DNA of 59,686 bases, taken from positions 1 through 59,686 of the forward strand of contig MU271314.1 of the NCBI GenBank assembly GCA_021432655.1. The letters run 5' to 3'. Under the pieces are notes generated by a model. The model was not told where the DNA came from. It saw nothing but the letters and a program-made list of their open reading frames with translations, and ran no database searches. This document shows, in pieces, positions 48,300 through 59,686 of this stretch. Both the position numbers and the translations under genes were made by a program. Position 1 is the stretch's first letter, and each line of letters opens with the position of its first letter. Origin of the DNA: Atractiella rhizophila. Taxonomy: Eukaryota.

Positions 48300-49763
48300 T
48301 GAACGAGACAGGGTGACTAGGTAACTGCTGACAAAACACCACCTTTAGCAGACAACAATATTGTATTTGATATAGATGGGCTTCTGAGCTTTGCTAGGAG
48401 CCTAATACTACAACTTTGAGATAAGTACATAAAGGGAGATGAGAAATCGTTAACTGCTGCGTACAAGGTTCTCAAAGATTCAAAGAAGTACTTGCAGAAG
48501 CACTAACAAAAACTACCAACTGGATTCTGCAGACCAATATTGTTTTGGAAAATCATTTTCATCAGCATACTTCACCGCGTCACAGTTGACATTAGGAAAT
48601 AAAAGCCAACCAACATTCAAGCGCTTGTCCCAGTCGACACCGGAGCAGCTGGCGCTGAATCCTGAAGCAAAGGAAGGTTATTGTCCATTTCAAGCACAAA
48701 ACCGGCTTCCTCCCACTCAGTATTGACGTCTTCCAGAATTGTGTTCCAAGACGCGTTCATCAGGTCTTTGTTGATGTATGCCTCATCTTTCTCGTCTTCG
48801 ATTCTGATCGTACGGATCACCACCTCCTCTGCCGCCGATAACCCTTCGAGTGGTACCGAAGATGCTAGCGAGACTTGGAGTTGAAGCGAGACAGCGACGT
48901 CACCTCTATGGTTCCTAAGTTCTGTTTGTGAGCATCTTCGACAGCGACAGACATGGAAACCAACAGCCTTATAGCGAAGGGGATAGTGGAAGGCACATCA
49001 TTGCCAGTTCCCGCGTGACCAATTTTGAAAGATCCATTGACGCCGGGGGTATCGCGACGACAGTGTATCTTCACGTCACCCCTTCCTGTTCCTCCGCGTG
49101 GAGCAGAATCTCTGACACTGCATATGCCATTACCACACAAATAGCTGGTCGGAGAGACGAAAAGACCCACGAGAGGCGGGCCTGACTAGAGGTGGGAATT
49201 GATTGAAGGAAATAAGAAAGTTGAATGCTGGTGATAACGATGTCGAAGCCATTTTGGACTAGGAGCCTATGTAAAAAGGAACAGCATTAAAGGATGAAAA
49301 CAGAGTGAAGAATTTCTCACCTGAATATCAGATCTCTAACAACAGAAGGGATTCCCTTTAGTCCAGATTCAATAAATATAGGGAACAAACGTGGGGCCTC
49401 TATGAGGAACGTCTGGCCTGGAGAAGGTGTGAACTCATTGCGGCCATGAGAAGCGGACATACAAACGAACGTTCTCAACGAGCAGCAAGAATCTCGACGT
49501 GAGATACTCCTTATCGAAGACGACTCGCGGATGAGTAGGAAGGTCGTCAGTAAGGAGGCTTTCGGCACGGCGTGTTTCTTCTCCACTCAGGCTTTCACGC
49601 TGTCGAGAGCTTATTTCGTTGAGAGTTGTCTCTATCTCTCCCTTTACCTGACAACGCCGCCATCATCAGATCAGGGGAGGTCTCTTCAGCACAATCGACA
49701 ACAACGACAATTTACCGTCTCTGTCGCTTCCACCAACTCGTAAATGAACGGTGGGGTTGCCAT
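48300..49763 (-). CDS. Hypothetical protein, tandem trio member 3 (3' part may be degenerate)
   Basis: MATPPFIYELVEATET/VKGEIETTL..LPTHPRVVFDKEYLTSRFLLLVEN..CSVRDSAP..PSTIPFAIRLL/..LMNASWNTILEDVNTEW, with the same intron positions as member 2. Left boundary approximate. Confidence 0.7.
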
Positions 49764-50500
49764 CTCTCCAATCGGGCGAGATCTGTGGTCGTCACTTGCA
49801 GAAGGATGAACCTGAAAGAGGAATGCTGCAGCATTTCCCTCGATGTGCTGAATTGAGGGCTGTGGGCAAACGAAGGGGGAAACTGGAACCTCGATTGCGA
49901 AGGTCAACTTTGATGAGAATAATGCGGCACAAATGTGTGGCTCTTGTAACTTAACACATGTACATTTCTACAATGACAACCAGCACCGTTTCTAACAATC
50001 ATGATGAAGTCAAAAGCGAGCAAGTGCATGAAAGAGGAGACGGAAGCAAGGCTGTCTTCAATCTGCAAACCTCAGAAAAGCGAAGATTTGAATGAAAAGC
50101 CTGAGACAAGCATACAAGAACGACAAACTCATTTCATTCTCCTTCGAAACTTGCACGATATCCATGCGGTTGAACAATTGTGTTTTAAAGTAAGAATCGA
50201 GTGATGAAGGATGCAAGCACTGAATCTTTATATGAGTGCACGGATAAGGTCTGGGCTTGGATGTTCTTCAAGGGGATATAATAAAACAATGGATGGCAAA
50301 TCGACAGTGAACAACGTCTCTTTTTATAAAAAAAATCAACAAGAGGACTAGAAGTTCAAACAGAAACTTCGACGTGACCACTAGTCTATAACTTTCTCTG
50401 ATTTTATGAAGAAATAGGTGCATAAACAACACGGTCTGACAAGCAAATTGAAATGCGAATCCTTCCCTACTGACCACAAAGACAAAGCGAACCTAATAGT

Positions 50501-53500
50501 TTACCATTTCCAAGGCATCGGCCGCAAGTTCATCCCCAGTCCCAGCCCCCAACCGATACCGCCTTGACTTCGAATGCCAATTGTCATATGGGACTCTGGG
50601 AGTTTACCAAGCTCTTCCGCTCTGGACGTTCGCCTAGTAGGCAAGGATGCTAGAAGGGTCGCTGCAGCCCACTTTGTGGTTTCGAGAGGAGGGAGGCCCA
50701 TACAGATTCGTTCTTCGTCGCCAAACGTGCGCAGGTCTATTTTAGGTGAGAATGGGATGACTTCCACCCAATGGAGCCAGTCATAAGCCTGAGAGACGAT
50801 CAGCCAATAGAAACTAGAAGAAGAACACGTGCCCTATATTCCCACTGATGACTGTCAGCATACTCCCATGGAGACTTGTGGACTCCATTTCCTAAACGCA
50901 TCTCCTCAAGCTTCGCTTCCTCCGGATCCTTTGGAAGCACATCCGTGGGTTTTGGCAGTTTTGGGGCAGAGCTCCCGCTCCCTGGTGCACTCGGAATGGA
51001 GAAGTCTACAGGCTCTGTCATCTTGAGGAGGCGTTTTGGCCAGTTTCCACCAACTGCCCAATCGATCTGTCGATTGGGCGGTCATGACATCGCTCGTCAA
51101 TGAGGAGAGGAAAACAAAGACAAACCTTAGCGCCGAAACTCGCCTTCAACGGCTCGTTGACGAAGACACGTTCTATTCGCCTCGCTCCTTCCGACAACTC
51201 TCGGAATTTCTCCACCATCCTCGCGACTCCTCGACAGGTCACAGAATCTGCGCCTCGAACGTCGAGTTCTCTTAACGAAGGACAGATATTCGGGAGCTAC
51301 ATGAGAAGGCATGGTTTAACGAAAAAGTAGTAGAGAAGGTAGGTGCGTACGCAAACAATGACTCTGTCGGTTGCCTGCGTGCTGGAGAGCTCCAGTGCGA
51401 TCTTCCAATCCTTCCCCTCACTCTTCGACTTTCCAACACACCCCAACCCCATCCCCAACCCCATCCCAGCCTCCAAAAACGAATGGAGAGCCGAGTCGTC
51501 TAGTCCGCTAGAGTTCAGTCGGAACCGCTTCCACCTCCCATCCTCGTCCAGGTCTTCATCGTCCCTCGCTAAGACCGGAAGCAAATGATCGACTCCCATA
51601 CCATTACAGCTCAGGTTCCTTCCAAGGGCAATGGCATATCCTACTCCAGAGGTCGGGTCCTGAATATCATCCTCCTCGACCGGTACGCCACCATTGCTCC
51701 AACTCGCCAACCGAGCAAGTTGTGCCCCTTCCTCACATTCCCGATCCAACATCTCCATTAGCCAGGCTTGGTACACTGCACAATCCGGTTTCTCGTCATA
51801 CACCCCGCTCTTCCACTGTGCGAATCCGATGCCGCTTGCAAAATGGACGAAACCGCGGCCACACCATTTTCCGAAACCGGCGAAAATATCGAGGGTGGAG
51901 AGGTCGAGGAGCTTGAGACGAGGCATGAGAAGTTCAGGAGTCGGTAGTCGCTTCTTCCTCATCATCATGATGAGTTTCGCCAGCCGTCGTTCTCTCCTCT
52001 TGACCAGCGCTCGATTCTTGCTCTTTGGGCTCCCACCCATGCTTTCTAAGAGGTCGAGGAACTCCTGATCCCGCTCGTCTAGCACTTCTTCACCCAATAT
52101 ATTCTCCGGATCCCCCTCCTCCAGCTCCGTTCCGGAGGCATCATCCATCCCGAAGTCCTCGAGTAGAACGTCGTCGTCCTCCTCATCGTCATCATGATCG
52201 AACTCATCGTCGTCGTCGGTATCGAGCCAATGATGGAGCGAAGTCCAAATGGGTGTCGAGAGCCCTTGACAAATGAAAGTCTCCAATTTCTCCATGAAGA
52301 GTGGCTTCGGAGTGAAGACCATATTCTTATTCCAGAACGGAAAGCTCTTCCTTTCCTCTCGGAAGATCCGGATCTTCTCCTCCTCTTCGACATCATACGG
52401 AATATCGTATACGTTATCGACCCAATTCCGAAAGTCGTCCACCTCCCCAATCCGCCGCTTATCGACATCGTCAACCACGAAATCGACAGCCTTGAAAGTC
52501 CTCAGACTCTTCTGCGCGTTCCTCAGAACAGGCACCCATCCCCTTCCTACCCACTGCGTCGCCTCCAGCACCAGGATTTCGAGACAGGGTAAGGGAGGCA
52601 GACGAAAGTCCGCGCCGATTTTGATGTTCTTCAGCGTGAGGGATCGGAGAGAGGACGGTTCGGTGAGATAGTCGCGGACAGATTTCATATCCGATTCGCT
52701 CCTCCAGAAACAGGTTATCTGGCTCAGATCCCACACAAGTTCCCTCTTCAAAGCCCTCTTAACAGGTCTGACCGCTCCCGTCTCCTCATCCCTCTCCTCC
52801 ACGATGGTGACATAGTCAATCCATCCATTTCCGACCTCAGGTTCGAGTGCGGTCATTGTATGACTTTTCCTATCATACCAAGCCGACTGTGAATTCGGGT
52901 TCGGTGTCACCTTGACGTTCTTCTTGACCGTTCCGAGCACCTTCTTAGTTTTCCAATCTATCGTCCTCTCCAAATACCAGCTTCTATCCATCAAAATGCC
53001 CTCGCTCGAAAACACCAACTCCTCAACGTTCCTCGCGAAGAAGAGAGCGTATTGTCTCAATCCGAAACCCTCAAAACCAGTAGAGAGGACGAGCGTACGA
53101 ACGTGTTCCTCTGATCCAATCATAGCGTGGATGAAGCGTTGTAGGAGGGACCAACTGATTTCGTTGCCAGGTGGATGGAGTTTGAGTTCGAGGTGCCGTA
53201 ATCGGAACGGTCCATACCTCCTTCTCTCACTCGCGCTGCTTCCGCAATGCCCTCGCTCGAAAACACCAACTCCTCAACGTTCCTCGCGAAGAAGAGAGCG
53301 TATTGTCTCAATCCGAAACCCTCAAAACCAGTAGAGAGGACGAGCGTACGAACGTGTTCCTCTGATCCAATCATGGCGTGGACGAACCGTTGTAGGAGGG
53401 ACCAACTGATTTCGTTACCGGGCGGATGGAGTTTGAGTTCGAGGTACCGTAATCGGAACGGTCCATACCTCCTTCTCTCACTCGCACTGCTTCCGCTCCT

Positions 53501-54720
53501 CTCCCTCTCCCTCCCTCCCTCTCCTCCTCCACCTCCCTCTCCATCGGCGTCTGTAAGACCGCGAAGAACAGGGCTGGCCTCCGAACTCGCAGGCGTTCTG
53601 TCCCTTGAAGTCCTTATGGCATCGAAGATGTCGTGCAAAAGCGTTCCGAAACACGTCTCGCAATGTTGCGGATACCCTTGTTTCCTCCACGCCTCCCACT
53701 TCTCCCAAAGCCTCGGCACCGGGTTCCATTCGAATGTTACATCCAACGCACCACCCCTCGCACGCTGCAGGAACGTTTGCAATTTATCCCTGTGAGTGAG
53801 GGCGAATCGATCCTGATTGGTATCATTTAGGAGGAGGGGGAGGTAGATGGATTTCCACAGTCTGGGTTCGTGGAGGAGGTAATGACGATAAGATCTGCAG
53901 ACGTGGGAGAGCTTTATACGTGAAGAGGTGGGAAGGAAGAGCGAGATGTTGATGAGGATTTCGAGCGGGATTCGGAACGAAATTCGCTGCTGTTCGTGGT
54001 CGTACGGATCGGAAGAGGGAAGGTATATATCGGGTAGTGGCGGAGGAGAACCTGAAGGAGGCGACTTGGATAGTCGTGTTGTTGGGAGAGACGTCAAGGA
54101 GGAAGTCGTACGGTGGTGCGTTCCAGTGAAGTTTGTTGCTGTGGTCGATGACGACCGCGGAGAAGTTGGTGAGCCTGGTCAATTCCATATTAGCATCAGC
54201 CAATAGCCAGCAATGCGAGATGTCAATGCAGTCATTGGTTGGATTGAGAGAAGTCATGTTGACGCAAGAGAATTATGAGAAAAGTCGCGTTCACGTCGGG
54301 CAAAAAGACGCGTCTGCATTCTCACTCCCCCCTCCCATTCTCGCAAAACGCGCATTTCTAAAAATCGCGTCCATCACACAAATTGTCTTCGCTCAAGACA
54401 TCAGAAGTGACAATAACCACAACCTCAATTCTTTGCGTAAAATGACGAACGGACTCACCGCTAAAGCTCGAACTAATAATGGCATTTCCATCCCTACCTC
54501 CCTCCCTCTCCGTCTCCCCCTCTCTCCGGCCAAAAATCAACTGATCCATACCGCTCATGACCTGCTCATTAAACATCCCAACCTCTTCCTCGCTGCTCAG
54601 CGGTTCCGATCCCTCTTCCTCTTCCCCATTCAGGTTCTCTTCCTGATAATAATCCATCTCTTCCTCCTCCGCACGCGTGATCTTGAGCAGGCTTTCCTCT
54701 TGTCCGTCGTAGTGCACCAT
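50501..54720 (-). CDS. F-box/LRR (RNI-like) protein, frameshifted in this sequence by a 251-bp tandem duplication
   Basis: Acidic exon 1 (54720-54459) splices in phase (intron 54175-54458) to F-box RIPLEILINISLFL..LSHVCRSYRHYLLHEPRLWKSI. LRR-like SLRSLTL, CLEILVL, PSLRELDVRG follow, and 3' exons continue to ..RPMPWKW* at 50501. Confidence 0.75.
52995..53496. repeat. Tandem duplication, 2 x 251 bp, 8 mismatches
   Basis: Units 52995-53245 and 53246-53496 both start AATGCCCTCGCTCG and end GCTTCCGC. Confidence 0.97.
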
Positions 54721-55023
54721 CCTCTCTTCTACTTCTCCTTATGATGTGATGGCAGAGGCAGTGGTCGGGGCGTGTATTTTCGGTGGGAGGTGGGGGTTCG
54801 TTCGATTGAGGTTCCGACGTTCTCGGCTCGTCACTGACGTCGTCCTCGCCTCGTCTCTTTTACACTGATAGACAAAGACAAAAGAATGGGACAAAGGAGT
54901 CCTGCCACACAGGTTGGTTGTGTGGCAATAAGGGCTTCGAAGGGCAAAAGGATGCTGTAAGGGAAGGAGATGAAAGGGAAGACTGTCGTTCGTACCGGAC
55001 CCGAATCTGTGTCCGAAGTCATA

Positions 55024-55035
55024 CCCTAACCCTAA
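55024..55035 (+). promoter_or_regulatory. CCCTAACCCTAA telomere-like motif in a divergent promoter region
   Basis: Exact 2x repeat between the F-box gene (-) and the 55303 gene (+). Confidence 0.4.
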
Positions 55036-55302
55036 TAATGCAGCGAGTCACCGCATTGTTATATCAGCAAGCATCCTGAACTTGACTTGAACTAGAAGAG
55101 AGTGAGGACATTCTGAGTAAGCTAGCTGCGTCTGGTGGCATAGAGAGAGCATCAGCATCATTGCAGACGAGAAATAGACTGATTATATTACAGTAAGTGT
55201 CTCATTCCTTCTATTTGTCTGTCCTGTCAGAATCCCTTCTATCCTTGATATTTTGATATTTCGATTCATATAATTGTGCTCATAAAGAGCTGGCAGCAAA
55301 GC

Positions 55303-56289
55303 ATGGCTACAAATAAACCGTCTTACGCAGACATGGCACGTCGTTTGGCATCCCCTGCATCCACAACAACAACCACTCCCTCAATTTCAGTATCGAGAGC
55401 ATCGACATCAGCAACGCCTGCACCAAAGAGAATATCTGCAATACCGACAATATCGAACCAGAAGCGACCTGCTCTTACACGAGATTCCACGCTCAGATTC
55501 GATGGAGGAGGGAGGGAGAAGGTGGCGATGAATGGAAGAGTGAGTCTGTCTTCTTCCAAATTCCTCAACGCCACTGACTAAATTACACCTTCTTTCTTCG
55601 AAATGCACAGGCTCAGAGGTTGTCTAGCGTGTCACCGAATGCGAACACTGGCGCTGAGACTCACTCAGGCTCGCAAGACTCTGGGAAGAATGGGAATTAT
55701 CCCCCTAGAAACAACAGGGTGAATCCTCTTTCACTCCCCCCTCGTTCAACTCAGCGACTCATCACTACAAACACAGGCCTCACCTCGACCTCGACAGCAA
55801 GCGACCCGAAAACAACGGAGCAAGATCCCCATCGCGACCGCAACAACTCGCACCACCACTTCCACCACCCAATCTTTAGGCGTCGCGCCAAAGATCTACA
55901 CCGAAGTCGAATGGGCACAATGGGAGCTCGCCCTCCGCGCACTTCGACAGTGGCACCCTCGCTCTCCGTCCTCTTCGCAAGATTTTAGGCTCTGGATAGC
56001 GAGGAAAGTCAAGTGCGGGTGCGCTTGTCATGCCTCTTCCTCCTCCGCGTGCTCTTCTTCTCTTTCTGTGAGCGGCGGGGGTATAACTGGATGGGCGGTC
56101 GTGAGGTCGTCGAGGATGAGGTGGGAGGTGGATTTCGAGGGAGAGGAGGATCCCCATGGAGAGCGAGAGGAGGCGCACAGGAGGTCTTCCAGGACGATGG
56201 TGAGGAAGTGCGAGAGGTGCGAGGAATGTGCGGTTTGGGAGAGGTACAGGAGGAAGCCTGAGCAACCTTTGATTGTCAATCATCACTAA
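55303..56289 (+). CDS. Hypothetical S/T-rich protein with Cys motifs, 3 exons
   Basis: MATNKPSYADMARR..; introns GTGAGT..ACAG (~55540-55610) and GTGAAT..ACAG (~55719-55775). The last exon reads KIYTEVEWAQWELALRALRQW..KCGCACH..RKCERCEECAVWERY..NHH*. Confidence 0.65.
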
Positions 56290-56601
56290 ATAGCACTGTC
56301 AGTTCGATTTTGCTGTTGAGCCATTGAGGTGGAGCGCCACGTTCATTTTTTTATGTTACTTATTGATTAAGAGAACTTGTTGTCAGTCATTGTTTCCGTA
56401 TACATCTATCTAATCATATGCTCTCCTTTCCCTCTTCTCCCGTCCCCTTCCTTCTAAAGTCAAGCTGTTCCAATACAATTCACAGATGGCGACAGCTAAC
56501 CTGACATCCGCTCTCCACTCCGTCGAAGCGTCGGTCCCACCAGCCAACTTCAACACATCGCGACCTCGTTCGCAGCAATTGCACACCAGCCGTCACGCAG
56601 C

Positions 56602-59600
56602 TCACCTGCCCGCCGTCGCCAGAGCCAACTGATACCTCAACTTGACGGCACCATAAAGTTCGCTCTCCGCCGCCTTCTCCAACTGCTTCCTCCTCTCCAG
56701 TTGATCCCCAACCAAAATCAGGTCGGGGTTTTCGAACGCCTGCAATGCGCGTTGACACTTTGCTGTGACCGGATCGAGCCTCGAAGGAGGGTTCGGTTGG
56801 GTTTGGGTTTGACCGTTTTGAGATTGGGTTGGGTTGTTTGGGTGCATGGGGGGGATGGTCGTTGGGAGGGATCGCAGGAGTGATTCCCATTTGGAGGCGG
56901 AAGTGAGGACGAGAGGGGAGGAGAGGTGGTGTAGGAAGAGGATGAGGTCGGCGAATGAGGTCCAGACAACGGTCTCGATTGGCTGTCCCATTCATGCGAT
57001 CATCGCACCCATCTCGTCATATTGGGGGTAGGGGAAGAGAAATCATGATGGGATAGAGGGGAATGCGCAAATAGTACATACGTTTAAGACGCTACTGTCG
57101 CTCATCCGTGCATTCAATAAGTTAGCACAGTCCGTCCATATCCCATTACCAAAGCTTTTCTCCATCCTCTCAACTTCTCCCGCATCCTCTTCACCGTCCA
57201 ACCCCCTCCTAATGACCAAAAACCAAAGCTGAAGGTTCGCAAAAGCCTGTGCGAGCAGTTCGCCAACGACGGGTGAGCGTGTGTTATGTAACTCGTTTGA
57301 CCGTGTGGACATCAGTCTCTGGCAATGTTGTATGACGGCTGAGCAGTGGTCTACGACTGTAGAGTTGTGAGGGAGGAGAGAGAGAGCGAGATATTTCGAG
57401 CTTTCAGGGAGAGAGAGGACGCCAAGACAGATGAAGTTGAGTGCGCGAAGGGTGTCGTCTGGTCGTTGACGCTTGAGGATGGCAGACCATCCTTTCGCAT
57501 CCAGCCAGAGAAGTAAGGCAAGCAGCTTTCCCACCGTGACCCCGGCTTGGAAATCCGTCATCGTGTACCTCTCTACCTGTGGACCCGCCGACAGATAGTG
57601 CAGACAGTCGTCAACTAGTTTCGGTGTCTCGATACAGAGTGAGACGAGAAACTTGTTAGTCGGATTCGAGCCGGACTGCACTTGCAAACGTGCGAGAGAC
57701 ACAGAGGCGCCAGAGGAGAGCACGGCGGAGGACTCGATCATTATCTATCCGCCTTCCTTCAGCGCTTTCTCGATCGGAAGAGGAGAATACCGACATCTAT
57801 CAAGGATATCAAGGTGGTGGAGGGCGTGCGAAGCCTGCCGCGAAGAGAGTCACAGATTACTTCAAGGTAGACGAGCGAGAAGTTGATGGTTGGCAATCCT
57901 GGGAGGGGTCGTGAGAGAGATTGAGAGACAGTCAGGAGGCGGGAGAGCGGATCTGCCTTCAGCTCGAAACGGGGAAGCAGGATCCGGAGGGCGGACTCCG
58001 CTTCGACCATAAATCCCTACTTCTCATCAGTAGTCACACGAGGGCCTGGACGAATGCACTCACTTTGGCTTTAATGGGATGGTTCTGTATAATCAGTGAG
58101 CAAGAATCGAGTATTGGATTGACATTCAGTTGTCCATGCATTTCTGCCACATGCTTCGACAACTTCACATAGAACGCACCGAGCTCTGCCTACTGGGTCA
58201 GTAAAAATGTTCTCCTATAGTCAGCGTAAAGGCATACCTGAAATGATAGCCTCTGTCATGCTGCGGGAATAGACCCGATCCAGGAACAACCAAGAGTGAA
58301 AAATGACGAGTTCTGTCCCTTCTTTGGCCTCTCGAAAGATACCACGCGTAACGTCCGTCAGAACCAACTCTCCCAGTGACAAGGGAGAATCCATCGTTTT
58401 GGGTTCGTTTTGAAGGCTCGCAAGAATCTCGTAAAAGCTCTTGACCATTTTTCCTTCTCCAGAAAGAGGAAGAAGCTGTAACAGGCTTCAACAAACATTT
58501 CTTGCACCTTCATCAACAAGACTTACCTTAAACAGTAAGACAAAAAGACCTCGCCCGGCAAATTTTTCAAACGCAGCCGCGAGGAAGGCCTTTCCCTGAA
58601 TCGAAAGGCCATCATCCGCCTTGCTTTCTGCGACTAACTGCATGACTGCAAAAATGAGGCGACCGAGAATGTTGACGATCTAGAAACTCATCAGACCAAT
58701 ACGGTGACAGGAGTGATCTCCTAACCATGTCGGGGAAGCGTCGCAACAGACAATTGAAAAGTGAGACTATTAGTAGCTGATTGTCGTACGTGATTCCTTT
58801 TTCTAGTAATAACGGAGCAACATTCTTAACGGCTGCGACTACTCCGACTGCCACCTCCTCCATGGCTGGTTCGTCCAATCGGTACTTGAATACCGTAATA
58901 TAGAGGATCTCAAGAATTGATCGCGTTTCCAAGTATGGCAGGTTGATAAGCGATAGACCACTATTGATGAGGGTGGGTATCAGATCGATGAACGTCAATC
59001 CAACCAGCTCCTTCGATCGTTCCGCAGACAGTTGGAGAGCCCCAGTCTCGAAGTATAGGGTCACCAATTTCGATGAGTCGACAATTCGTTTGAGACCAAC
59101 AAGGCAGGGGAGTGAGGACTTGTACCGCAAAGCTGGAATGGTGGAGAAAGCGACTCGGAAGCTGTTGGTCTCTTGAGATGGTCTCAAAGCGAAATCCGTG
59201 AAGCCAAGTGCCCGGGCGCAGTGGTACTTGAGCTTGGTGAGAGTTGAGATTTGATCCACTTCAACACCGTCGCCCACCATTTGTAGAGTGAAGATGAGGA
59301 CATCCAACTAACTTATGGTCAACTTTTTCGATCCTATCTGCTAAGCGAAAGTTTACCCAGAGCTGCTCTGCTGTGTCACCAGTTCGCCCATCAGCTTGGG
59401 AAATCTAGTCAGTCGTAAGCTGTCTGGTGGATCCCACTCTGGATGACTTTACCTTGATACCAAGCTCCTGCGCGAAGAGCTCGTCAAGCAGGATTGACCA
59501 AGGCAAGACGGCCCAATGTGGCAGCTTCGCTCTAAGTTGGATTAAGAGAGCCACTATTGTTTGTCGCTCCACAACGTTGTTTGTCGTGCCGAACTTCGAT

Positions 59601-59686
59601 TGGATGCTGTAGGCGATATTATCGAAATGAGGCGGTTGAAGACTTTCGGTCAAGATTTCTGCTTTCTGCCGAACAGCTTCCTGGAA
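56602..59686 (-). CDS. 3' part of a large multi-exon, helical (ARM/HEAT-like) protein of unknown identity
   Basis: Long Leu-rich minus-strand exons 59405..59653, 58612..59307, 57043..57741 and 56602..56991 separated by short GT-AG introns. The 5' end lies beyond the window. Confidence 0.75.

Noticed and set aside
50501..51021. Separate small genes suggested by ORFs 50501..50767 and 50800..51021
   Set aside because: They appear to splice as the 3' exons of the F-box/LRR gene.
54175..54458. C/D snoRNA in the 284-nt intron
   Set aside because: No canonical RTGATGA box with a terminal stem and no recognisable rRNA guide.
11282..54720. Dedicated ubiquitin-system gene cluster (UBP2, PEX2 RING, six F-box-like genes)
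   Set aside because: Local duplication of one family among unrelated housekeeping genes explains it, and there is no evidence of co-regulation.
54133..54744. 203-aa plus-strand ORF
   Set aside because: It is the antisense shadow of acidic exon 1 and intron 1 of the F-box/LRR gene.
54721..55022. Upstream coding extension MTSDTDSGP.. with two in-frame TAA codons (possible readthrough)
   Set aside because: More simply 5' UTR or promoter sequence, and TAA is used as a normal stop elsewhere in the window.
56602..59686. Specific gene name for the large helical protein
   Set aside because: No diagnostic motif was recognised with enough confidence; an HMM search is needed.

Overview
Gene-dense, intron-rich eukaryotic DNA (short GT-AG introns with CTRAC branch points), most likely a basidiomycete fungal chromosome segment (inference). 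The left end holds a dead, integrase-less Ty3/Gypsy retrotransposon (minus strand, ~1.6-5.3 kb) and decayed coding relics. Recognisable conserved genes are a UBP2-like deubiquitinase, tRNA-Leu(CAA), PEX2, a CYC2-like FAD/NAD(P) oxidoreductase, an ALKBH1-like dioxygenase, a histidine-phosphatase/Cof-HAD fusion and an F-box/LRR gene. They are interleaved with locally duplicated orphan families: five paralogs with an unknown N-domain + F-box-like motif + LRR-like region (three broken independently at nearly the same place), a gene/pseudogene tandem pair, and a tandem trio of divergent unknown genes. The most notable signals are the clustered lesions in the F-box-like family, a structured H/ACA-like RNA candidate in an oversized ALKBH1 intron, the dual-phosphatase fusion, and duplication scars carrying fragments of UBP2 and ALKBH1. 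Exon boundaries were read by eye and no database searches were run.
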